Source of the DNA: Octopus vulgaris
Taxonomy: Eukaryota
Direction of reading: 5' to 3'
Assembly: GCA_951406725.2 (NCBI GenBank)
Contig: OX597821.1
Span: forward strand, 12,772,001 to 12,836,000
DNA: 64,000 nucleotides
The stretch's first letter is position 1. Each line of letters begins with the position of its first letter. Made by a program: the position numbers and the translations under genes. A model generated the notes under the pieces. That model searched no databases. It saw nothing but the letters and a program-made list of their open reading frames with translations, and was not told where the DNA came from. Positions 25,564 to 39,971 of the stretch are shown in pieces.

Positions 25564-27785
25564 GCATATACGTAGCCATATATATATACATATACATACA
25601 CGTACGATCGCGGTTTCAATTCATGGAACCGGTGGTGTAATGTGTTGTTGAGGGAAACACTCCATTTCATGTTGCTCCATTCCACCCCCCTGTAAATCAG
25701 TTACCCTGCAAATATTGTTCCAATCTAGAGAACGAGTCTCCGGCTTTATGCATGTTCAGGCCCGAGATAGCAATGTTCAGAAGACTTACTATATCTTTAT
25801 GTATGTTTGTTTATGTTTGAGTATTTATATGTGTATTTGTGTTTATGTGTGTGTGTATATGTGTGCCTCTGTGTGTGTGTGGGTGTCTATGTATTTGTTT
25901 CCATACACATTTTCAAATTTGTTTGAATTAAGCATTATCAGAAGCAGCTAGAATATCATTTCCTGAAACTTATTATACTCAAGATAATTGTCACTGGATG
26001 AATTCAAAATCATTTTAAAACTTTACTTCTAAGTGTTGAATGTGACGCTTCCTTGACAGAAACAATACTATTTCATTGAGGGTACCACAATGTAACTGGG
26101 CTCCAGTCTATAAGGCTAATCAATATTTAATCAGCTTTGATTTCTGAGTTATAGCCCTTGCATAATTTTAATAACTTTCATTAAATCAAATGTAATTTTC
26201 TTCTTTCCCTTTTTTGTATAATTTTTATTGATTAGAAGTGATTTTTGAATCCCTCAACAAAAGCAGTCACTCACCATTTTAAGTAAAACTGTATATAGTT
26301 TTACTGATTAAACTTACCAAGTTAATGACAGTAAGGTATAAATAACTGGACTAAGTTTGAATTATATATTTATACTTGGATTTTTACAGAAAAAGTCATG
26401 ATTTTTTTTATTTTAAATACATATTCTCATATAGTTTCGTTTAATTTTAAAATTCCATTACTCTAGTGAACGTACCAGACACTAACTAATGATTAAATGA
26501 TTATACGTCTGGGTTGATAGCAGAAAAATGCAATGGCGTCTTTTATAATCAAATTAATCAATTGATTTTTGATAATAATCTTTTGAAGTTCATATAAGAG
26601 AAGAAGAGGAGTGTATCGTTAATCACAGACGTTGGTTCATACATTACACATACATAGAAGTGAATAATAATGTACATTACAAAATAAACATAAGCATAAT
26701 CATAGAAATGCGCACACATTCTCACACAATGAAGTAAATCGTATTGAAATCACAAGGAAATATATCTTTCTCTTTTTTCCAATGTTTACAGCTATATTCT
26801 TGGTTGTTATCAAAGTTTGTAATCATTTAGTCGACTAAAATTGTCATTATTTAAAACCTCTGGCAAGCATGAACTGACATTTAAAGAGATCGCTTCACAT
26901 GTACATGTTTGATACGTAATCTATCTTGTCCCCGAGGCAAATATTTTTTTTATTATAACCTCAGGTTTATTAATGTCTTGTGATTAGAGTTTGTTACACG
27001 GAAACTCTGAAGCAGCCAATTAAACACTCACTGACGGTACGAACAGCTGCTCAGCTGTGACAAATTTTCGTCTCTGAATTTTTAACACAAATAATTCATA
27101 AGAGATAATATCTCAAGAAAAGTTCCGCAATAAGTGGTCAATCGACAACGTATACAGATTCTGTATAATACACAGATGGCTGTTTCAAGTTAATATTGCT
27201 TCGAGTGTGCATATGTTATTAGCATAAACCTTTTCCTTATAATTTTCTGATTGAGACACCTTTAAACATAATCAGCAAAACGTATCATTGTGTATCTTTA
27301 TTGGCTTTATAACTAATTTCTTTATTGTCATGACCTTACATTTTAATATAAAGTTTATTTAGCAATGAGCTTTAATACGGCTGTTACATTTCAAGCAAAC
27401 AATACGGTTGTTTTATATGCTAACCGTGACATCTAAATATCGATGAATTTACAGTGTACGGTCTTGTGAACGATTGCTTTATTATGCAATACATAATAAG
27501 ATTTTCTGTTCTCTGTATGTCGAAAAGCAATTCGAACGACACACTTGGCATGTATCATTTCTCAGATCCGCCCCACCGTGTTTTAGCTACACAACACCAA
27601 CCACTGTTTAATATTTTCCCAGGAAGCTCTATGCTACTGAAGAAGGATATTTTTACCATTTAGATGCAAGCATTTCTTCAGAGCATAAACCTGTATTCAT
27701 GAACCAACGGCGGTGCTTCTATGCATTTTTGAAACCTTCTGTCTCAACACGATATTATCGCTTCCGTTTTTCGCAAATGCCTGCC

Positions 27786-27858
<73 letters not shown>

Positions 27859-29459
27859 GCCTTAATAGTTACACAAATGGATTCTTATTTTATAGTAGCA
27901 ATTGTCAATTGAAGATTAAATTTGTGTTGCAATTATTTATTGTCTTTGAAATAAAGTAAAATAAATAAAATAACAAATTTATATAATTTTCCAAAAATCA
28001 TGGAAACTATAACTATGTATAATGGAGAAACTGAGCTATCTTAATTTTTACATGACATTAAAGGAAATAAATATTAATTTAGAAAGGAAAATTATTCATT
28101 CACATAGACTACATCGTAAGACTAATTTGAAATGGTAAAAGCAATTTCATTTTATAAAAACAATTTTGAATTAAGTAATATTCTCTAAAATTACCTTCTT
28201 CTTACGATAGTCCAGGATTTTGGCACTGAGCTCTGCGTTATACTCAGAAGCCACATCGAAAACCTCTGAATAATGTTTTGTTTTTTTAGTTGAACGACTA
28301 GTTCCATTTATATTCGGTTTAATTTTCTTTATTTCTATATATCAGTCTCTACCTATTTATATTTTACATCTTATTTTACATTGCATTTAAAAGTAATTAA
28401 CTTGGAAACACAAATTTAATCTTCGACTGGCAATTATTTCAGCGAAACCAGAATTTGATTCCTTTGATTGGATTCAGCCGTACTTTTATCATTAGTGTTT
28501 CTATTGCTGTTGTTGCTGCTGCTGGTCGTTTATGTTGTTTTAATTGTAGTCGACGCGCGTTTCAATGCCTTCGTAATTATATTTATATAAAAGCATTGTG
28601 TAAGATTTATACAATTTTCTGCTCGACTCTAATTACATCCATGGCAACAAGTTATGAAATAGGCTGGGGTAAGATTGTTAATTTATATACTAAGGAAAAT
28701 TCTTTCAAAGATTTTAATTTATAAAAGATTGGAGTTGTCGATTCTGTTTTGAGCCAAGTTATTCCTGATCGAGAGCTATGACAATATGTGATGACAGTAA
28801 CTAACTTGTCGTGGTATGTTCTTGGCGTACATATTTTTTTTAGGTCGGATGTACCTTCGAGGGGCGCTGGCTGATAGTGGTAGCAAGTTGATTAATGTCG
28901 CGACTTCCATTTATAGTACATAAGTAAGAATTGCGATTCCACCCAGTTTTCTCTTTAAATTAGAAGGCACGAAACATCACATGTCAGAGATTTTGTGCTA
29001 TTTTGGTCAAAAATTCAAATTTTTAATATTAGATGAAAAATTGCTGTTCGTTTTTCTTAAATTGTATAGATTTAATGTAGTCTTCATTTTCATATTTTAC
29101 AAGGAGGAAGTATAGTTGAAGTTTCATTTCTTAAATGTAACTTTACGCAGGATATTATAGTTTGGTTTCATAAAGACGATTTATGACACATATATACTTG
29201 CTTCCGTGTCACAAGATAGATTAATGGTCATTCGTTTACGTGCCTACGTATACTGTTAGCCTCAAAATGGGAGGAAGGGTTGTAATTTTTCACAGTTCTT
29301 TCCCGGGTATTGCTTTCTAGAACAGAACTTGATTAGATATTTATATCTTGTAAAGTTACACGGCTTTTAGCAAAATTACATTTTTTTAAACGTTAAGTAG
29401 CTATGGCTAATAGGAATTTGCCGTCTTTCTTCGTAGTATCAGGTGGACTGGGATTAGAG

Positions 29460-29740
29460 GCATGTATCACTCAATGTAGAAAGGGGACAACAACATACAT
29501 TGAGGAGATAGCACGTAGCATAGGTGAGCGGATAAGTGATCACTGGCGGGAATTCAAGGTGGACAATAGCTCGTCAGTGCTCTACCAGCATGTTCAATTA
29601 GAACATGGAGGCTTGGTTAATAACGTATGTGTTAAGATATTATTGACACATAGAACAGAATCGACATACCGAGAGATTATGTAGGCCACACAGAGTTGTA
29701 GGTAGACCGAGCCACAACAGAAAACATGAGTGGAATAATA
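29460..29740 (+). mobile_element. Penelope-like GIY-YIG endonuclease remnant
   Basis: CITQCRKGTTTYIEEIARSIGERISDHW...SSVLYQHVQLEHGG...VKIL...REIM*A matches C..C...YIGETxR...R..EH...H....H...IL...R...EA. Confidence 0.7.
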
Positions 29741-30281
29741 AGACACCACACTCCACCACAATACGCAACCTGATGACTAAAGACAGAATGAGAAGAATAA
29801 AAGTGAATCAGATACCAACAACGTAATACATAAACATATATACAAGCACAGAAGAGTCACACATAATAATGATTCAATGAGAAAGAAGAAAATAAAATAA
29901 ATAAAAGAAACTTGTACAAACTAATACTCAAGCCCATATACACGCATAAAAGACAAACATAATAAAACACTTCGACACGTACACTAGATAAACATACTAA
30001 ATAATTACCACACACAGACGCAAACGCAGATACAGTTATACATTTTCACCACACAGCGACGAAATGGAAAAAAGTAGAATAAGGGGAGGCATGTCAGATA
30101 ATGATCCCCTGAAAAGGTCACAGGTAAGAGGTTTGATAAAGAAACCAAAATAACGATAATAATAATAAAGCTCAAATGAAGACCAAATATGTAGGAGGTG
30201 TTGAATTGGCAAAACATGACCATCCTTAAGTATAACAATAGTATGTTTCAACACACGATTTCTCATCAAGAACCTTTTAAA

Positions 30282-30322
<41 letters not shown>

Positions 30323-31152
30323 TATGTATGTATGTGTGTATGTGTGTGTGTGTTGTGTGTGTGTGTGTATGTGTGTGTGTGTGTGTGTGTTTGTAAATCC
30401 AAAAATTAGAACAAAAGCGCATCAGACGACATTAAATCATTCGAACAGATAGACAATATGAAGACGGACAGGAAAAGAAATAAAAAAACAACAGAAAAAA
30501 CAGGGATGGGTCATTCGCTAGTTATTACCATCAGTCAAGTTACAAAATTATCCTTACAGTTTCGGGCAGTTACACTTGAAACTGTTCAGATCTGGTTGCC
30601 CTCCCCACAACAAATCTAAGCTAAGGCCAATAAATTTTGGGGGAGAAAGCAAGCGAATTTGTACGACAACAAAGGCAAAAAACGGAGAGTATGTTACACA
30701 CTTACAAATACAAACAAGAAAATAACGACAGCTTTCTTCCGACTTATAAAGATGAATCAAGTTGAGCTGGCGTATATAGAGTGAAAGCCTTGAGGCAGGA
30801 ACATAAGAGATGAAAGTCAAGAGAAAGGAATATGAGAGATGCTTCGTGGCTGGGAGTCAAGCCAAGAAAGAAAGATCATGCCTGGCCGAACGCCGGTCAC
30901 CTGGAAGAAGAGATATGTAGGAGACAAAGGGATTGAAAGATTAGGGGAAGGCGAGAACTAGAAGAAATTAAAGGGACAAAGAAATTTACCATGGACATAA
31001 ACGAGGAAGTGAGGTATAAATTAAAGAAAGAGAAGGCCAATAAATATGAGAGAGGGGGATCGAGAAAAAGAATAGAGGAAATATGAGAGTATGAGGGAGA
31101 GTAAAAGAAGAGTAAAAGAGTCATAGGGTTAGAAAAAGTGTTCATATGGTGT

Positions 31153-31183
<31 letters not shown>

Positions 31184-31506
31184 AGCCCCAAAATAGAACA
31201 AAACGCAACAGACGATAATAAAACATCCGGACACATATACGATGTATATTTGTCTCTGTGTGTGTGGGTGTGAGTGAATATATATGTGTGAGTATACATA
31301 TATAGATAGATGGATACTTATACATATATATATATATATATATATATATTCATAGACATTGATATATATTTGTATATACAAATCTATATGAATATGCATA
31401 CGTAACATATATAATACATACATACGTTTATACATACATACATATATACATACATATATACATACACACATACATGCATACATACATACATACATACATA
31501 CATAAA

Positions 31507-31540
<34 letters not shown>

Positions 31541-31754
31541 GCTGCATGCGTATCATAAAATAACGCAAGCCGGAAGCAATAAAAGCATGTGTAACCGTAT
31601 TCATAGTCAGAAAATAATCTTAGCAAGTTGAATTGAATTACTCATTGCTTTATTTAACGTTAAACTATGAAGTTATAAATATTTCTACCAATTTCGATAG
31701 GTATCAATGCAATATACCATTGTAGAGTGACATAACAGTAACTCTCCGAGGATA

Positions 31755-31971
31755 AGGCGGCGAGCTGGTAGAATCGTTAGCACGCCGGGCGAAATGCTTA
31801 GCAGTATTTCGTCTGCGGTTACGTTCTGAGTTCAAATTCCGCCGAGGTCGACTTTGCTTTTCATCCTTTCGGGGTCGATTAAATAAGTACCAGTTACGCA
31901 CTGGGGTCGATATAATCGACTTCATCCGTTTGTCCCTTCTGTGTTTAGCCCCTTGTGTGTAGTAAAGAAAT
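31755..31971 (+). mobile_element. SINE family B, single unit with TSD
   Basis: Flanked by direct repeat AGTAACTCTCCGAG (31737-31750 and 31972-31985). Confidence 0.9.
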
Positions 31972-32566
31972 AGTAACTCTCCGAGAATATGAGATTCAGA
32001 GAAGCATTGCTCCTGAGCTATTCTCTGGAGATGGCGAAGAAGTATTCATTTGCCAATATTTCGTAGGCTGCAGATGTGAGATACAAGAAGGAGGAATGAT
32101 TAGTTGATATAATGAGAGTTGCTCTTTACCGTCAGAATATCGCACCGAAGCTAGGTTTCAAACTTGTACATGCAGTTCAATAGATAGATAACGACGGATA
32201 ATTTTGGATAGACCAAGTGTGAACTGAATAAATATAAGAAAAGGAAACTTACTACAGTCGGTTACCTCGCAAGCTAGTTGTGATGAAAAAGAATCTGAAT
32301 ATTGTAAATGTCAAAACAATGTAGTGGATTAGAAGATTGGAGTATAAAGGTTTCCAAAGGCGATCATAGCGTGATCCGACTGTGAAATTGGGATCAACAC
32401 GTGCATGAAATCTGGGGTCTTGCTACATAAGATTTTTGCTGAGAGAGTAAAAACACACTTAGAGAATGAGATAGGATCTTAAATAGATTGCCGTTGTGTA
32501 TCTATATAAAAAATAGCGGTATTCTGAGAGTTCTTAATAAAATATTTGCAAGCGCGCAAAGAAGTC

Positions 32567-32619
<53 letters not shown>

Positions 32620-33295
32620 TATATAATTTTATTTGAGTATAAGTTACTCTTCCTGGACCAGTACTTTTGCATTACTGGATAAGCTATGATTTTCAGAAAC
32701 GGAAATTAACCAGCTAAGACGCACAGTACGAAAAACAATCTATAAGCTCAATAGACAAAAATGTATATAACACTATTCTCTTGTTCAACATACGGCCTTC
32801 ATTTTCTTATCTGCGTTCCGAAATTCCGAAGATGAAGCTTTGTATCATTGTTAGAAACCTTTCCCGACATTACAAGAAGACTTGAAATAATTAAAACTAG
32901 AAGACATGGCTACATTCACACAAACACACACACACACAGACACACACACATGCACCCACCCCCACACCATGTATAAACACACAATATGATAAGGAGAAGC
33001 TACAGAAATAAAAAAAAATAACCGAGTGAGAAATAAAATTATATGTAAGCACAGGTGTGTTATTATCTGTAATTCGTATGTTAAATCATAGAGGGAACTG
33101 TGAATAGATGTCAGTGTGACATGCGCTATACGTACTTATATTCGTACTGGAATATACAAAGAAATTCTCACGACGTTGAATATGTGGAAAGACTTCATGG
33201 CATCTGTAACGCATAACACGTGATCGCTGCGTCTGCGCTGCTCGGTGATGATGATGACTGCTTATAGGTAGTAATACGCTACCCACATAAGTTCT

Positions 33296-33897
33296 TATTT
33301 CTTTACTGCCCACAAGGGGCTAAACACAGAGGGGACAAACAAGGACAGACAAACGGATTAAGTCGATTACATCGACCCCGGTGCGTAACTGGTACTTAAT
33401 TTAACGACACCGAAAGGATGAAAGGCAAAGTCGACCTCGGTGGAATTTGAACTCAGAACGTAACGGCAGATAAAATACCTATTTCTTTACTACCCTCAAG
33501 GGGCTAAACAACACAGAGAGGACAAACAAGGACAGACAAACAGATTAAGTCGAATATATCGATCCTTGTGTGTAACTGGTACTTATTTCATCGATCGCGA
33601 AAGGATGAAAGGCAAAGTCGACCTCGGCGGAATTTGAAGTCAGAATGTAGCGGCAGATGAATTACCTATTTCTTTACTACCCACAAGGGGCTAAACACAG
33701 AGGGGACAAACAAGGACAGACAAATGGATAAAGTAGATTGCATCGACCCCAGTGCGCAACTGGTACTTAATTTATCGACCCCGAAGGATGAAAGTCAAAG
33801 TCGACCTCGGCGAAATTTGAACCCAGAACGTAACGTCAGACGAAATACGGCTACGCATTTCGCCCGGCGTGCTAACGTTTCTGCCAGCTCGACGCCT
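33296..33897 (-). mobile_element. SINE family B, one head plus two truncated tandem units
   Basis: Three copies of AAGGATGAAAG.CAAAGTCGACCTCGG about 180 bp apart; head next to (AAT)n. Confidence 0.88.
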
Positions 33898-33900
33898 TAC

Positions 33901-33965
<65 letters not shown>

Positions 33966-35185
33966 TAATAAGAAGAAGAAGACCAACAACAACAACGACA
34001 ACAACAACAACAACAAGAGTAGTAGTAGGAGGAGGAGGAGGAGGGGCATTAATTATGATCATATTGGTGACAACGATGACGATGACGACTGCGTTGTTGG
34101 AGATTGTGGTAGTCTTAATAATGATGGTGATGATGGTGATGATGATGTGAAAAGATGAATAAAGCGGATGAATGGTCTGAGAAACGGAAGAACGAGAATT
34201 GCAAGGGGAAAGAAAGGAAAACTAAAAGAAGGAAGGAAGAAAGGAAGGAAGGAATGTGAAAAAGAAAGGAAGAAAGGAAAAGTAAGAAAGGAAAAGAAAA
34301 TAGTAAGGAAGAAACTAACCAAGAAAGACGCTCTCTTATGGAGAACGAAACTAGAAATGTTGATCGTATTTCTGCAGAAATGATTATTGAATAAAAGTTA
34401 ACGGCAACGTTTTCTTTATTCTTGCAACAGTATCGTTTTAAACGATTGATTGCTAATGAATCAAATTGTGAATACTCAATTTAGAACCATTTTTGCAGAT
34501 GGACGAGAACCGCAATTTTTAGGGAACTACAAACATTGCTAATTTAGGGAGAAGTATATTTTTGTTTTCTCTTTAATTTTGGTTTTGTGATTTTATTTTT
34601 CCTTAATCGTTATTCTTTTAGTTTAGTTTTATTTTGGGTTCCTTTTCTTATTTCTTTTTACACGAGTGTGAAATAACTGCTCAGACAAATTTTCTTTAGA
34701 TTACACTCGTCAGTAAAGTGCTGTAGCTTAAAGCTAAGGAAAATAACGGAGGGGAAAGTGAAGAGTGAACATAGAAGATAAATATATATGCGTGTGTGTG
34801 CGTGAGAGTTGTGTGTGCATATACGTGTGAGAGTATGTGTATATCGAGAGAGAAGGAGAGAAAGAGAGTCAGGTGGGAATCAGATATACTGAATGGAAAA
34901 GAGTGAAATGGAAATTGAAGAGAATTAGGTATAGGGGGAGATTCAAAGAGAGAAGGGGGAAAATTATAGCACCGTGGGTAGTAGAGCATAATTATAATGA
35001 ATTGAAATAGGAAACGTTATATACACACACACATATATATACATACATACACTCACATACACATGCACACACATATATACTCACACACCTGATGCATGGA
35101 TGTATTTACATACGCAGTCATTGGACGTATCCATCTAGCTACACATTTCTTTTGTTTACTATATATACATCCATATTCATAAATA

Positions 35186-35241
<56 letters not shown>

Positions 35242-35938
35242 ATATATATATATACACATACATATATATATATGTATGTATATATATATGTATACATATA
35301 TATATGTATGTATATATATATATACACATACATATATATATATGTATATATATACACATATACATATCTATATATATGTACGCATTTATATACGTAAATA
35401 TATATGTATATTATGTATATATATATATGCGTGTGTGTGTCTGTATGTGTGTGTGTGTTTGTATGTATGCATGCATATACAGCTGTATTATAAATATTCA
35501 TTTCTTATATATATACATATGCTCCTGTTTGTATGAATCTATGAATTTATGAGTTGTTATATATTGACCTGTCTAAGTTATTCATCCATATTTCTTCGCC
35601 TATCCATCCATACACACATACATTACAACCTACACGCACACACGCGTAAAACCACATGCTTGTACACACAGACGCATACATGCACACATATAGATGTTGA
35701 TATATGCATAAATGCCCGGTGTAGCGGGATTTTCCTTCCAATGAATTAGGCGGAAATTGCAGAATATGCACACATAAACGTTGCATCTGGAATTCACAAT
35801 ATACCTAATACTTTGATCAAGTATCAGGTGACTTCATGTCATGTGTGTGATGAAGCTTTCGACTGTTGCAATCAGCGTTTTTAGCTTATGCATGTCTGTT
35901 CTTACAGATTATATATATATATATATATATATATATGC

Positions 35939-35973
<35 letters not shown>

Positions 35974-36172
35974 CACAAACATACATATATGTATGCGTAA
36001 GTATTTGTGTATGTATGTATGTTTTAATGTATGCATGTATATATATATATGTGTGTGTGTGTGTATATACATATATGCGCATATACGTGTATATATATAC
36101 ATACATACATACATACCATATATACTTGCTGATAATTATCATGTATACAGTAAGACAAAAATAAAATGAAAT

Positions 36173-36241
<69 letters not shown>

Positions 36242-37142
36242 TTATTAATAACGCAATGATGTCCATGATGCACATATATTAAATATATATCGTATATCTA
36301 CAATAGTTAGATAACGGAATACTTTGAAGTAGGGAATATTTTCCCTACGATGAAAAATATATAGAATATCCTTGACCGTTATACTTTCATCTCACCAGGA
36401 TCTGAAGCCACGAAGAAATCGAAAATAACAGGTAAAATGCAAAGTAATTCTGCATTTGAAATTTATTAATTCATAAATTTCGAAATTTTTCCGATACGAT
36501 GATTCCAATTTCATAAGTATACACGATGTTCAACGTTTGTCTCATATTACTACTCTTCACTGAAAATTGGGAAACAGGATCTCTTCGATTCCTTTCAAAC
36601 CTTAACGCTAGAAATACATGAAATTACAACGACACATGATAACCGCTTTTTGCAATAAATTTATGAAACCAGATCTTTATCGATTTAGAAAATATTTAAA
36701 TTTTACATCATTGTTTGCATGGTGTTTATGTTTACAATCATACAAACACACACACAGATACGAACACTCACACACACACATCTAATTTCAGCCCCACATA
36801 CGCACGAATGTGTTTATGATATATTCAGAGATGCTTTCATACATAAACAGACTCACCAAAACAAGCCAACCCACATATAAATATATATATACAAAGGCAA
36901 TTACACAAACACGCACTCGAGCACACACATACACTTGGACGCACTCACCTGCGTTCATATATAATATGAAATGATGAGAAATACAACACTGAGTTCCACT
37001 GGGAAAGAATTATTAAAGATTGCAACAGCTGGCACCTCGTATTTGCTTATTCAAATTTCAAGTTCCAGATCTTCATTTTGGATATGAAGTGCAGTAGAAG
37101 TAAGCTATACTTAGGAATATATATTTTCCAATCATTATACGC

Positions 37143-37371
37143 TTACTCTTTTACCTGTTTCAGTCATTTGACAGTGACCATACTGGAGCACCGCCTTTAG
37201 TCGAGCAAATCGACCCCAGGACTTATTCTTTGAAAGCCTAGTACTTATTCTATCGGTCTCTTTTGCCGAACCGGGGACGTAAACACAGCAGCATTGGTTG
37301 TCAAGCGATGTTGGAGGGGACAAACACAGACACACAAACATATATACACACAGACACACACACACACACAT

Positions 37372-37431
<60 letters not shown>

Positions 37432-37593
37432 GACGGGCTTCTTTCAGTTTCGGTCTACCAAATCCACTCACAAGGTGTTGTTCGACCCGGGGCTATAGTA
37501 AAAGACAGTTGCCCGAGGTGCCACGCAGTGGGACTGAACCCAGAACAATGTGGTTCATAAGCAAGCTACTTACCACACAGCCACTCCTACGCC
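37143..37593 (-). mobile_element. tRNA-derived SINE family A
   Basis: Reverse complement of family A with expanded internal (CA)/(TA). Confidence 0.9.
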
Positions 37594-37918
37594 TTATTAT
37601 TATTTGAAGACTCTTACTTTCTATCTCTTTTATTTGTTTCAGTCATCGGACTACGACCACGCTGGGGCACCTATAATTATACGAATGCGAATCACCAGGA
37701 AATTTTCGCTGAAATGTGAAAGACTGGAGTAAATACGAACACTTGGCATTGCAGCTACATTTCTATAGGTTTGCCATTTACCATTGACTCTCAGTCAAGT
37801 TTTGATTCCAAAGGTCAACCAGCGTGTAAACATAATGACAACACACTTTCACAATCTTCGACCATTACATGTATTTGTTTTTGTTTTTTGCCTATATATT
37901 TTCTTTTCCTTTCATTTC

Positions 37919-38012
37919 TTATTTCTTTACTGCCCACAAGGGGCTATACACAGAGGGGACAAACAAGGACAGACAAACGGATTAAGTCTAACAACGACCA
38001 AGACATGATGCA

Positions 38013-38087
<75 letters not shown>

Positions 38088-38213
38088 ATTGACCCCCGAA
38101 AGGATGACAGGCAAAGTCGACCTCGGCGGAATTTGAACTCAAAACGTAGCGGCGGATGAAATACCGCTAAACATTTCGCCCGGCGTGTCAACATTTCTAC
38201 CAGTTCGCTGCCT
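37919..38213 (-). mobile_element. SINE family B interrupted by a short insert and (TA)n
   Basis: Family B tail (37919-37988) and head (38087-38213) separated by AACGACCAAGACATGATGCACCA(TA)n. Confidence 0.8.
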
Positions 38214-38682
38214 TTCATTTCTTTCCAGTCATTTTCTGCTTTTGTTTTGTTCTAATCAAGTGGGTAGTTATATATTCTTCCTATATACCCCAAACAATGT
38301 ACGAAATTTACCGCATTTCAGACCCAGCCTGATGACCAAACACAGGATATTCGAAAAACCATAACTACCATATGTTGGTGTGGCTCAGTATTCAAATATA
38401 ACTGGACACCACGGCAGAGCATGCAATAATAAGAACGATGCGGAAACGTCGGCTGGGAACAATGCATAATAAATGTTTCTTGTGTCTATCTTAATTCCTT
38501 CTACATTATCTCTGTATATTTAAACTATTAATGCTCCTAAGGACTATAACAATCACAAACCATCACACTGGCTGTAGACAGATTAGTGATACTCTTAACT
38601 GAAGCCCTAAACATACCAGTAGGAATCGTAAATCTAACGACCAGGACATGATACAGCATATATATATATATAAGTGATGAAA

Positions 38683-38994
38683 GGAGCACTCCGTCGGTTA
38701 CGACGACGAGAGTCTCAGCTGATACGATCAACGGAACAGCTTGATCGAAAGATTAACGTGCAAATGGGTGAGTATTCCACAGACACGTGTACCCTTACCG
38801 TAGTTCGCAAGGAGATTCAGCGTGACACAGAGTGTGACAAGGCTGGTCCTTTGAAATACAGGTACAACTCATTTTTGCCAGCTGAACGGACTGGAGCAAC
38901 GTGAAATAAAGTGACACAACGCGTCGCCGGGAATCGAACTCACAACCTTATGATCGTGAGCGAGCCGAATGCCCTAACCACTAAGCCACGCGCC
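38683..38994 (-). mobile_element. tRNA-derived SINE family C
   Basis: Reverse complement of 332-650. Confidence 0.9.
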
Positions 38995-39004
38995 CTCTAT
39001 ATAT

Positions 39005-39083
<79 letters not shown>

Positions 39084-39476
39084 TACATATATACATATAT
39101 ATATAGGTTATAAAATGAGATAGGGGTTGAAAATTCAACCCACCATGGGATAATATATATCCAATATACTGCTAGATAGGTACCCAACAAAAATTAATAC
39201 ATAGATGTTAAAAATTGTCAAGCAATCAGTTCATCTATTGTATTAAATGGGTAAAGGTAATAATATTACCGTAAATTAATACTACAAAATTAGAGAATGG
39301 AGAAACATACTTAAATCAATAAAACATCAACTATCCGATGATACTCAATCCATACTTTAATACACCATTACATAGGAGTAAAGGCAATATATAAAATGAA
39401 ATGAGATATACAGTAATAGTAAAAGTAAAAAGATAAAGAGATATAAGTAAAAAATTACAAATATAATATGCAAATA

Positions 39477-39600
39477 AATCAAAACTGACAGCTGTTTCGG
39501 CAGTGAGGACAGTCATACCTCATTTAACCTATAAGCCATAAAGGCAGGTATAAATGAGGCATTAACAAAGATGCCCCACGGCCTCTTCAGAGAATTAAAT
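39477..39600 (-). ncRNA. Type-I hammerhead ribozyme in the PLE 3' UTR (sense copy)
   Basis: Minus strand CTGAAGA-GGC...GCC-GAAA-C AGCT G-TC-AG; mirror of 47291-47414. Confidence 0.75.
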
Positions 39601-39934
39601 TAAATTTGTTATAATAGTGAAAAATATTATATAATCATATACATATAAATATAAAAATATAAAAAAGTAAAATATAAAAACTTATACATCATAATGCTAC
39701 ACTTGTATAATATAATACACATTTGTACAAAAAGGAAGGTAACCAGAACAAAATAAAACAAAATATATAACAGTGTATATATAATATTAATAAGTACCGA
39801 TATCATACATATTTAGCTAATAGTTTTTTTTATAAAAAAAAGGGCTAACACATATGGAGATGAAAAATAATAATAATTAAATCCGTGGTACAGTTCATAA
39901 AATTCTAAAGCTATAAAAGTTAATAAAAATTACT

Positions 39935-39971
<37 letters not shown>

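Noticed and set aside
25960-29400. Host exons in unique AT-rich sequence
   Set aside because: No ORF with recognisable protein features; small exons cannot be excluded without RNA-seq.
31990-32480. Possible very old LINE RT remnant (LLHKIFAERVKTHLENEIG)
   Set aside because: Single weak motif, too degraded to support.
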